In this document: piece after piece, positions 16,074-27,978 of the stretch
How positions within the stretch are numbered: position 1 is the stretch's first letter
How the letters are laid out: each line of letters starts with the position of its first letter
From: the human T2T-CHM13v2.0 reference genome, Homo sapiens
Assembly (NCBI RefSeq): GCF_009914755.1
Contig: NC_060941.1
Reading direction: 5' to 3' (one strand)
Length of the DNA stretch: 64,000 nucleotides
The notes under the pieces: generated by a model
Database searches by the model: none
The model's input: only the letters and a program-made list of their open reading frames with translations
What the model was told of the DNA's origin: nothing
Made by a program: the position numbers and the translations under genes

Positions 16074-16432
16074 AGTGTAGGTAAGGCGATTTCTGGTGAT
16101 CGACTCCCTGGGAAAATAAGGACACTCAAAGTGGAATAAAATAAAAGCATTCTCTGCTTATTATTTCCAATTGTTTCTAAGAAGATGGCTGACTACATAT
16201 AAGGAATCTAGAAAATAATCAGTCCAGAATTAATTAATCATGAATACTGTTAGTGACATACTAATGGCAGGTGTCTGGCATTGTTCTTTGTGTATTAGAG
16301 GTATCATCTCTTGTATCCATTACACAAACCTTAGAAGTAGGTATAGATTCATTTTCTGCAGTGGGTTTCTAGTCTACTAATGAAGCAGTCATGTACTTAT
16401 ACTCATCACATACACAGCAAGTATTTTATTTT

Positions 16433-18077
16433 TCTTTTATCAATTGTGCATAACTTTTTAAAATTTTTATTTCCATAGGTTTTTGGGGAACAGGAGGTAT
16501 TTGGTTACATGAATAATCTCTTCTGTGGTGATTTGTGAGATTTCGGTGCACCCGTCACCCAAGTAGTATACACTGAACCCAATTTGTAGCCTTTTGTCTC
16601 TCACCCACTTCCCACCTCTTTTTCCCAGAGTCCCCAAAGTCCATTCTTATGCCTTTGCATCCTGATAGCTTAGCTCCCACTTATGAGTGAGAAAATATGA
16701 TGTTTGGTTTTCCATTCCTGAGTTACTTCACATAAAATAATAGTCTCCAATCCCATCCAAGTTGCTGTGAATGCCATTATTTCATTCCTTTTTATTGCTA
16801 AGTAGTATTCCATATATATATATATATATATACACATATATATATATTCCATAGTTTATATGGTGTATATATATATATATGTGCCATAGTTTATATGGCA
16901 TATATATATGACATATATATATATGCCATAGTTTCTTTATCCACTTGTTGATTGATGGGCTTTTGGGCTGGTTCCATATTTTTACAATTGTGAATTGTGC
17001 TGTTATAAACATGCATGTGTAAGTATCATTTTCATATAATGACTTCTTTTCCTCTGCATAGATACTCATTAGTGGGATTCCTGGATCAAATGGTAGTTCT
17101 ACTTTTAGTTCTTTAAGGAATCTCCACACTGTTTTTCATACAGGTTTTACTAGTTTACATTCCCAATAGCAGTGTAGAAGTGTTCAAAAATGACCATACT
17201 ACCAAAAGCAATCTACAAATTCAAGGCAATTCTCACCAAAATACCAGCATCATTCTTCAAAGAACTAGAAAACAAAATCCTAAAATTCATATGAAACCAA
17301 AAAAGAGACAGCATAGCCAAAGCAAGACTAAGAAAAAAGAACAAATCTCGAGGCACCACAGCACACAGCAGTGGAACAGAATAGAGAACCCAGAAATAAA
17401 CTCAAACACTTACAACCAACTTATCTTTGACAAAGCAAACAAAAACATAAAGTAGGGAAAGGACACCCTATTCATCAAATGGTGCTGGGATAATTAGCAA
17501 GCCATATGTAGGAGAATGAAACTGTATCCTCATCTCTCACCTTATAAAAAATCAGCTCAAGATGGATCATGGACTTAAATCTAAGACCTGAAACTATAAA
17601 AATTTTAGAAGGTAACATCAGAAAAGTTTTTCTAGACATTGGCTTAGGCATAGATTTCATGACTAAGAGCCAAGAGCAAATGCAACAAAAACAACAATAA
17701 GTAGGTGGGACTTAACTAAAAGAAAGAGCTTTTGCATGGCAAAAGGAATAGTCAGCAGAGTAAACAGACAACCCACAGAGGGGGAGAAAATCTTCACAAT
17801 CTATACATTCGACAACGGAATCTACAAGGAACTCAAACAAATTAGCAAGAAAAAGACAAACAACCCAATCAAATTGTGGGCTAAGGATGTGAATAGACAA
17901 TTTTCAAAAGAAGATATGCAAATGGCCAACAAACATATGAAAAAATGCTCAACATTACTAATGATCAGGGAAATGCAAATCAAAACTGCAATGTGATACC
18001 ACCTTACTCCTGCAAGAATGGCCATAATGAAAAAATCAAAAGATAATAGATGTTGGTGTGGATGTAGTGAAAATGTA
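16433..18077 (-). mobile_element. L1PB1-like element with a twin-priming 5' inversion (minus part ~16455-17185, inverted plus part ~17186-18077)
   Basis: 3' end ggtttttggggaacagg..tttggttacatgaataa is L1PB1-like, and ORF2 peptides switch strand at ~17185. Both parts meet at the same L1 position (gaacac). Flanking duplication acacagcaagtattttatttt at 16412-16432 and 18078-18098. Confidence 0.9.
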
Positions 18078-18869
18078 ACACAGCAAGTATTTTATTTTAT
18101 TCTAGTTCAATTTTTATTTTTAATTTTTGTGGATATGTAATAGGTACAAATATTTATGAGGTACATGAGATATTTTGGTATAGGCACATAATGTGTAATA
18201 ATCACATCATGGAAAATTGGATATCCATTCCATCAAGCATTTATCATTTGTATTACACATCATCTAATTATACTCTTTTGGTTATTTTTAAATGTGCAAT
18301 TAAATAATTATTGACTACAATCACCCTGTTGAGCTATCAACTACTAAGTATTACTTATTATTTCTTTTTCCTTTGTACCCATTAACCATTTACACCTCCC
18401 CTCTACTTCCCCACTACTCTTCCCAGTCTCTGATGACTATCCTTCTACTCTCTATCTCCATGAGTACAATTGTTTTAATTTTTAGCTCTGACAAATAAGT
18501 GAAAGTGTAAGTTTATCTTTCAGTGCCTGACTTACTGCACTTAACATAATGCCCTCCAGTTCCATCTATATTGTTGTAAATGATAGGATCTCATTATTAT
18601 TATTATTATTATGCCTAAATAGTACTTCATTGTGTATAAGCAGCACAGTTTCATTTTAAACATTTTTTATTTATTTCTCACTCTGTCTTCTGGTGCTGAA
18701 GGTACCACATTTTCTTTAACCAGTCATCTGTTGATGGACACTTAGATTGCTTCCAAATCTTGGCTATTGTGAATAGTGCTGCAATAAACATAGCAGTGCA
18801 GATCTCTTCAATATAATGACTTCCTTTCTTTGGGGCATATACCCTGCATTAGGATTGCTGAATCATACG

Positions 18870-19322
18870 TTTCATGCGCGTCCGTGTGAAGAGACCACCA
18901 AACAGGCTTTGTGTGAGCAATAAAGCTGTTTATTTCACCTGGGTGCAGGTGGGCTGAGTCCGAAAAGAGAGTCAGTGAAGGGAGATAAGGGTGGGGCCAT
19001 TTTATAGTATTTGGGTAGGTAAAGGAAAATTACAGTCAAAGGGGATTTGTTCTCTGGCAGGCAGGAGTGGGGGTTGCAAGGTGCTCAGTGGGGGTGATTT
19101 TTGAGCCAGGATGAGCCAGGAAAAGGACTTTCACAAGGTAATGTCATCACTTAAGGCAAGGACCGGCCATTTACACTTCTTTTGTGGTGGAATGTCATCA
19201 GTTAAGGTGGGGCAGGGCATATTCACTTCTTTTGTGATTCTTCAGTTACTTCAGGCCATCTGGGCATATACGTGCAAGTCACAGGGGATGTGATGGCTTG
19301 GCTTGGGCTCAGAGGCCTGACA
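18870..19322 (-). mobile_element. LTR7 solo LTR (HERV-H), full length, 453 bp, LTR7up-like
   Basis: Reverse complement runs from tgtcaggcctctgagcccaagccaagccatc to ggtctcttcacacggacgcgcatgaaa. 5-bp TSD atacg (18865-18869) / ataca (19323-19327). No internal HERV-H sequence. Confidence 0.97.
19000..19235 (-). promoter_or_regulatory. LTR7 U3 promoter: TATAAAA box (19000-19006) and two ACAAAAGA SOX-type motifs (19178-19185, 19228-19235)
   Basis: Motifs read directly on the minus strand; activity is inferred from known LTR7 biology. Confidence 0.6.
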
Positions 19323-19607
19323 ATACAGAGGCTCAATTTTTAGTGTTTTGAGAAACCTTCAACTTGTTCTTCATAGTGGTTGTACTCATTTACATTCCCA
19401 TCAATAGCATACATAGGTTCCCTTTCCACATTTGTTATTGCCTGTCTTTTGAATAAAAGCCATTTTAACTGGAGTAAGATAATATCTCACCGTGGTCTTG
19501 ATTTGCATTTCTGTGACAATCAATTATGTTGAGCACCTTTTCATATGCCTGTTTGCCACTTGTATTTTTTTTCTTTTGAGAAAGGTCTACTCAAATATAT
19601 CACCTAC

Positions 19608-19987
19608 TTTATTTTTTTTTTCTTGAGACAGAATCTCACTCTCACTCTATAACCCAGGATGGAGTGCAGTAGTGTGATCTCAGCTCACTGCAACCTCCGC
19701 CTCCTGGGTTCAAGAGATTCTTGTGCCTCAGCCTCCTGAGTAGCTGAGATTGCAGATATGCACCACCATGTCCAGCTAACTTTTGTATCTTCAGTAGAGA
19801 CAGGGTTTCACCATGTTGGCCAGGCTGGTCTCAAACTTTTGACCTCAAGTGATCTGCCTGCCTCGGCCTCAAACTTTTGACCTCAAGTGATCTGCCTGCC
19901 TCGGCCTCAAACTTTTGACCTCAAGTGATCTGCCTGTTTCAGCCTCCCAAAGTGCAGAGAATATAGGTATAAACCATGAAGGCTGGC
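19608..19987 (-). mobile_element. AluS (Sx/Sz-like) with an internal 38-bp triplication
   Basis: Antisense Alu; unit ctcaaacttttgacctcaagtgatctgcctgcctcggc starts at 19830, 19868 and 19906. Confidence 0.93.
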
Positions 19988-20192
19988 ACTTTTGCCTGCC
20001 TTTTAATCAGACCTTTAAAAATTTTCCTGTAGAGTTTGAGCTCCTTATATATTCTGGTTCTTAATTCCTTGTCAGATAGTAGTAGTTTGAAAATATTTTT
20101 CCCATTCTGTCGGTTGTCTCTTCCTTTTGTTAATTGTTTCCTTTGCTGTGCAGAAGTTTTTTAACTTGATATAATCCCATTTGTCCATTTTT

Positions 20193-22467
20193 CTGGCTCT
20201 GTGTCCCTACTCAAATCTCTTCTTGAATTGTAATCCGAATTGTAATCCCCACATGTTGGGGGAGGGACCTTGTGGGAGGTGACTGAATCATGGAGGCAGT
20301 TCACCTGTGCTGTTCTTGTGATAGTGAGTGAGTTCTCATGAGATCTAATGGTTTTGTGAGGGGTTTTTCCCCACTTTGCTCTGCACTTCTTTCATTCTTC
20401 TCCTTCTTACTTCCATGTGAAGAAGGACGTGTTTGCTTCCCCTTCCATGATGATTGTAAGTTTTCTGAGGCCTCTCTGTTCTGCAGAACTGTGAGTCAAT
20501 TAAACCTCTTTCCTTTGTTAATTACCTAGTCTTGGATATTTCTTCATAGCAGCATAAGAATGGGCTAATACAGTAAATTGGTACTGGTAGAGTGGGGTGC
20601 TGATATAAGGATACCCCAAAATGTGGAAGCAACTTTGGAACAGTTTAGAGGACTTAGAAAAAGACAAGAAAATGTGGGAAATTTTGGAACTTCCTAGACA
20701 CTTGGAGGGCTCAGGAGACAGGAAAATGTGGGAAAGTCTGGAACTTCCTAGAGACTTATTGAATGGCTTTGACCAAAATCCTCATAGCGATATGGACAAT
20801 GAAATCTAGGCCAACGTGGCCTCAGATGGAGATGAGGAGTTTTTTGAGACCTGGAGCAAAGGTGACTCACTTTAGCAAAGAGACTGGTGGCTTTTTGCCC
20901 CTGCCTTAGAGATCTGTGGAACTTTGAACTTGAGGGAGATGCTTTGGGATATCTGGTAGAAGAAATTTCTAAGCAGCAAAGTTTTTCGAGGATGCAAAGC
21001 ATAAAATCTTAGAAAATGTGAAGCCTGATAATGCCACAGAAAAGAAAAACTCATTTTCTGGGGAGAAATTCAAGCCAGCTGCAGAAATTCACATACTTAA
21101 CAAGGAGCCAAATGTTAATCACCAAGACAATGGGGAAATGTCTCCAGGGCATGTCAAAGACCTCCACAGCATTCTCTCCCATCACAGGCCCAGACGCCTA
21201 GGAGAGAAAAATAGTTTCCTGGGCAGTGTCCAGGGACCCCCTGCTGTGTGCAGCCTTGGGACTGGTCTCAGCTGCTCTAGCCATTACTAAAAGGGGCCAA
21301 GGTGTAGCTCAGGATGTTGTTTCAGAAGCTACAAGCCCCTAGCCTTGACAGCTTCCATGTGGCATTGGTCTTACGTGTGCACAGAAGATAAGAATTGAGG
21401 TTTGGGAACCTCCGTCTAGATTTTAGAGGATGTATGGAAATGCCTGGATGTCCAGGCAGAAGTCAGCTGCAGGGGCAGAGCCCTCATGGAGAACCTCCAC
21501 TAGGGCAGTGCAGAAGGAAAATGTGGGTTCAGAGCCCCCACATAGGGTCCCCCCTGGGGCACTGCCTAGTGGAGCTGTGAAAAGAGGACCACAGTCCTCC
21601 AGACCCCAGAGCAGTAGATCCACTGACAGTCTGCACAGTTTCCAGGTGGAAAAGCCACAGACACTCAAAGCCATACATGAGAGCTGGGCTGGAGCTGCCC
21701 AAGACCATCAGGGTCCACCTCTTGCATCAGTGTGACCTGGATGTGAGATCATTTTGCAACTTTAAGGTTTAATGACTACCCTATTGGATTTTGGACTTAC
21801 ACAGGGCCTATTACCCCTTTGTTTTGGCCAGTTTCTTCCATCTGGATTGGGTGTATTTACCTAATGCCTGTATCCCTATTGTATCTAGGAAGTAACTGAC
21901 TTGCTTTTTATTTTACAGGCTCATAGGCAGAAGAGACTTGCTTTGCCTTACATGAGACTTTGAACTTGGATTTTTGGGTTAATGCTGGAATGAGTTAAGA
22001 CTTTGGGGAACTGTTAAAAGGACATGATTGTGTTTCCAAATGTGAGGGCATGAGATCTGGTAGGGGCCGGGGTGAAATAATATAGTCTGGCTCTTTGTCC
22101 TCATTAAAATCTCATCTTGAATTGTAATCCAAATTGCAATCCCCACATGTTGGGGGAGAGACCTTGTGGGAGGTGATTGAATCATGAGGGCAGTTCCTTA
22201 TGCTGTTTTCATAATAGTGAGTGAGTTCTTATGATATCTGATGGTTTTGTGAGGAGCTTTTTACTCCCTTTTCTCTGCACTTCTCTCATTTTTCTCTGTA
22301 CTGCTGCCACATAAAGAAGGATGTGTTTGCTTCCCCTTCTACCATGATTGTAAGTTTTCTGAGGCCTCCCCAGCCCTGCAAAACTGTGAATCAATTAAAC
22401 CTCTTTCCTTTGTAAATTACTCAGTCTTAGGTATTTCTTCATACCAATGTGAAAATGAACTAATACA
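20193..22467 (+). mobile_element. Complete THE1D-like MaLR provirus (5' LTR ~20193-20572, internal ~20573-22077, 3' LTR ~22078-22467)
   Basis: Both LTRs contain ccatgtgaagaaggacgtgtttgcttcccc-like THE1D sequence and end ctaataca. The internal region starts gtaaattggtac and ends at the purine tract ggggccggggtgaaa. The internal ORF is disrupted. Confidence 0.93.
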
Positions 22468-23677
22468 GATGGGTGGTTTGAAAATATTTTCTCCCATTCT
22501 GTAAGTTGTCTCTTCATTTTGTTGATTGTTTTCTTTGTTGTACAAATTTTTTAACTTGATGTGATCACATTTGTAAATTTTTGCTTTGGTTGCCTGTGAG
22601 GTATTGCTTAAGAAATTTTTGCCCAGATCAATGTGCTGGAAAGTTTCCCCAACATTTTCTTGTAGTAGTTTTATAGTCTGAGGTCTTAGAGTTAAGTCTT
22701 TAATCCATTTTGATTTTTTTTTTTGTGTGTGTGTGTGTATGGCAAGAGATAGGGGTCTAGCTTCATTCTGTTGCATATAGATATCCAGTTTTCTTGGCAC
22801 CATTTATTGAAGAGACTGTGTTTTTCCCAAAGTATGTTCTTGGTATCTTGGTCAAAAACAAAGTCACTGTAGGTGTATGGATTTGTTTTTAGGTTCTCTA
22901 TTCCATTCCATTGGGCTATGTGTCTGTTTTTATGCCAGGACCATGCTGTTTTGGTTACTATAGCTCCGCAGTATAATTTGAAGTCAGGTAATGTGATTCT
23001 TTCAGTTTTGTTGTTTTGACTCAGGATAGCTTTGGGTATTCTGAGTCTTTTGCAGTTCCATATAAATTTTAAGGGATTTTTTTCTCTATTTTTCTGAAGA
23101 ATATTACTGGTATTTGATAGACATGCATTGGACTTGTAGATTGCATTGGGTAGTATGGACATCTTAACAATATTGATTCTTCCAATTCATTAACATGGAA
23201 TATTATTCCACTTTTTGTGTCCTCTTTAATTTCTTTCATTAATGTTTTGTAGTTTTCATCGTAGAGAGCTTTCACTTCCTTAGTTAAGTTAATCCTTGGG
23301 TATCTAATTTTACTTGTAGCTACTGTAAATAGGATTACTATTTTTTATTTCTTTTTCAGATTGTTCAGTGTTGGCATATAGGAATGCCACTGATTTTTGC
23401 ATGTTGATTTTGTATACTGTGACTTTCCTGAATGTGTTTATCATTTATAATAATTTCATGGTGGAGTCTTTAGGTTTTTCCAAATATAAGATTATATCAT
23501 CTGCAAACAAGGATAATTTGACTTCTTCCTTTCCAATTTGGATGTCCTTTATTGCTTTCTCTTGTATGATTGCATTAACTGAGACTTCTAATACTATGTT
23601 GAATAACTGGTGAAAGTGGACATCCTTGTCCAGATATTAGAGGAAAGTCAACTAGTATTTTAAAATGAGCACCTGAA

Positions 23678-24007
23678 GCTGGGCACAGTTTCTCACACCT
23701 GTAGCCTCAGCACTTTAGGAGGCCGAGGAAAGAGGATTGTTTGAGCCTAGGAGTTGAGGACCAGCCTGGGCAACACAGTGAGACTAAGTCACTACAAACA
23801 AGACAATATTAGCTAGGCATGGTGGCACGCACTTTTAGTCTTAGTTGCTTGGAAGGTGGACATGGGAGGATCACTTGAGCCCAGGAGGTGGAGGCTGTGG
23901 TGAGCCATGATCATGCCACTGCATTCCAGCCTGGGTGATAGAGTGAGACCCTGTCTCAGAAATAAATAAATACATACATATATAAGTAAATAGATAAAAA
24001 TAAAAAT
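23678..24007 (+). mobile_element. AluJ
   Basis: J-type ttgagcccaggag and ggctgtggtgagccatgatc; degenerate TSD aaaatgagcacctgaa / aaaattagcccatgaa. Confidence 0.9.
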
Positions 24008-25059
24008 ACCTAAAATTAGCCCATGAAATATAGAACATTTAAAGTTAAGAAAAAACTTCTAGTTGAACCCATGATGTTAATTGAGGAGATACTATAGAGT
24101 GAGAAGAAAACAGGTCTGGGGGCAGAGTCATGAGGAATCTTCAATTCTTCTGAAGCTTTAGAATACACTGTAGAAGACAATTAGATTTTTACCATGAAAT
24201 GTAAATATATTTTGGTGAACAGTTCAGAGTTGTTTATTCACTACCATTAAAAACTTTGCTTATATAAATATCGACTTATCCTTCTGAAATTCTTGAGTAG
24301 ACGTTATGGCCATGCAATTTTCTTGACAATGCTCCATCTGCCACAAAAATTGGTTAAACAGTGTTGGTTATAGAAAGGGAAAGCAAAGGGAATAAGAAGC
24401 TTCCTGACAGATAAGAGGAAGCATGGAAGGGACAAACTTCCCAGAACTTGAGTGAAGAGTGCTTAAAGAAGAAGAAAGTCATCATCAGTTTCAAAAGTGG
24501 CAAAGAAGCGTAGCAGGCTGAGGATAGAAAAGAGACTTTTGCACCTTTTAAAAGAAAGCTTCAGTGAAGTGGTGGAGGATGAAGCCAAGTAAAAGTGGTT
24601 TGGAGAGGGAATGATTTTAAGTATCGTCAAATACTACGGGCAGCGTGTTATTCTTTCTTTCTTTCTTTCTTTATTTTAATTCTTAAGAGGAATGATTTGT
24701 ATTCAACCATTTATAGGAATGAAAAAAATGTTGCTTATAGATATAGAGTTTCTTAGGTCAAGACACATACACACACACAAACACACATGCAAATAGAGAG
24801 AGAGCACTCTCATCAATAACTAATGGCAGCTCTAAAACATCTGGATTGATAGAAAAATGTGGCAGCATTTTCTTTTGGCCAGAAGGAAAAGCCAAAATAA
24901 TGGTTCAAAGGAGTAATCTTTCCCTTTGCATCCCTTAAAACATCTTCCATGACTATCATTTACCTTTCTTAGAGAGAATGCCTGTCTATATATACTTTAC
25001 AATTATATTTTGTTCATGGATGAAGGCAAAGGAAGGGCAAGTTCAAAACAGTACAAATA

Positions 25060-25391
<332 letters not shown>

Positions 25392-27670
25392 TCAAAACAG
25401 TAACGTTTCATAAAATTAAGAAAAGAGTACTCATCAAAAGCAGGAAGAGTTTTCTAAGTTAAGGGAAGGTTTAAAAGTGATAAAGTTGTACCAAAGCTGG
25501 GTATGCATCAATATACGCACTGTTATCATACAATTAAATATATGATGATTAGAGGACAGAATTCCGAGGTGAGCAGGTATATATTCTACCTGACTGACTT
25601 TCCAACTGAGCAAATGTTTCTCTTGGCCTGAACACAGACCTTCATTTATTTTCATTGTGAGTCATTTTCCTAGAAGTCACTGTTGCATAAATGGTGCTTC
25701 CCTGACTTCCGATCAACTCAGACAGCCAAAATCAGTAAGTGTACAAATGAGCTCAACAGGAACATTTTTTCCCAAGATATTTCCTGTCAATTTTCTCATC
25801 CTGGAATGTGAAATGGTCTTTTCCTAAAGATCCCCAGATAGTAGTCATGGAATTAATCTTTATTATCTGTCAGTATTGTATTTATTACTCATATAACCCT
25901 GTATTCCAGATCTCCCTTGAATGTGGTGGGAAGATCTCATTCACCCTGTGATCTGACAGCTTGTGTTTTTCCTTCTACTCTTTTCACCCAAAGGCAGAAC
26001 CTGAAAGGATGCCAAGAACTTCTAGAGAAATGCAGAAAAAAAATTAAAAACCACTACACAAACTTGAGGGCCAGACAGAGATATTAGTACAGCCAAAAAA
26101 CAAAAGTATTTTGTTATTTTATTATAAACATTTCTTATTACATTTTATTTCTCATAAAATTACAGAACAAGGGGTGAGGGCAAAAGACTGAATTGTTGAC
26201 TAACCAACTCTGGAATGTACTATTATTGGTAACTGCTAGTTTCCCATTTTGTGGGCATTGGTAGTAACTAAAATTTTCAGAATAACCAATAATTTGACTG
26301 AGTTTAGTTAATTAAAAAAAACTTTAGATAGGAAGTTAAAAACATAAGCAGATTGGTGAAATTGTGTGAACTATTGATTCATTTGAATCATACAATGCCT
26401 GATTTAGAAGCAGCTTCAGAGATCATGTCTCAATCTTATTTTACAAATGAAGAAAATGGGTCCCAAGGGACCAAAGGGAATGGCTTGTCCACTGTCAAAT
26501 ACTCATATTATTTTAGGCAAACATGTATCTCTTGCCCTATAATTAATCTCAAACTTAGGAATATCTCTATTCTCACAGAGTTCGAGTCTCAGTTACACAG
26601 TAAGAACTGGAAAGTCTACTGGTCTGAATGATTTTGAATCACCTAAATATCACCTAATATTTACCAGAGTGCCTGACACATAATCAATGCCCAGTGCTTA
26701 AGGTGTAGTTGAGTGTTGAATGAATGCATTATAATAAAAGCTCTTCAAAAGAACTGCTATGAATCATTGTCACATGATGTATTTGCTGAAGGCAGAGCTC
26801 CTTAACTGGTGGGGAGGATCATCAATTTGGAAACTGAGGGCATGCGCTTTCTTTTAGATGCTGCCTAAGACAAATGATGTTACTTCAAAATGGTAAAAAA
26901 AAAAAAAATTAAATAAAGAAAAAAGTACATCATAAATAAAACAGATTGCTAACAAATTAGTAATTATGTCAAACAAATAAAGCTGCCCAGTGTTATGCTT
27001 TAGCCTCATTTGACCCTTTTCAAAAAATTAAAAAGAGAAAAAGAGGAGGCAGAATGAGGAAATACATTAACCCACAGAGGCATTTCTAGCTCTGAATCTC
27101 CATCTAATTTGCTTTTTACAAACTATTCAGCATAAATTGTCTCTTTCAGCATATTGAAGGATGAAAACACATGCTAATACCAATAAATTGGATCTGAGTT
27201 TGGAAAATTTATGTGTGCATATAAAAACTATTTGCATACATCCCCAGATGGAGAAGTCAACAGAGCATGAACCTTAGTTGTGAGGATAACAATGTATACA
27301 TTACATTGGGAGATTCAATTTGTGTGTAAAACAATTCAACTGCTGATTATGAAAGTGACACATTCTAGGATGATGCACCTTTAAATTCAGCAGTAAACAT
27401 GAATATGGAACTCTTGCTCTTTGCCAGCACAGGTTTCCACATCTGGTTCATTTCCACATATAGCATCTTAAGGAATCAAAGGTATATTTTATTTAGTAGT
27501 TGTTAATCAACTTTAAAAATAAATATCATACAAGGTATTTACAGCATATAGTTTTAAGCACCCTATAGACTGTGTTACATGAATGATAATGATGAAAGCA
27601 AAATGCAAAACTTGTTAAGAACCAAGACGATAGGTCAGTATTCTAGCTATGTGACCTTGGACATTTATCT

Positions 27671-27978
<308 letters not shown>

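Larger units (their letters stand above)
18099..23648 (-). mobile_element. L1MA2/3-like element, 5'-truncated; hosts nested LTR7, Alu and THE1D insertions
   Basis: 3' end ggtacatgagatattttg.tataggca...taataatcacatcatggaaaa. Minus-strand ORF2 peptides at 22417-23275 (ITLPDFKLY, TKTAWSWHKNRHI, FNKWC). Confidence 0.9.

Noticed and set aside
20621-21735. ORFs in THE1D-int, with homologues at 53773-55245
   Set aside because: Fragments of the decayed MaLR internal ORF with multiple stops. Their similarity reflects shared family, not a local duplication.
25690-25745. Possible small exon ending at cag/taagt or ca/gtaagt
   Set aside because: Isolated donor-like motif with no convincing acceptor or reading frame; expected by chance.
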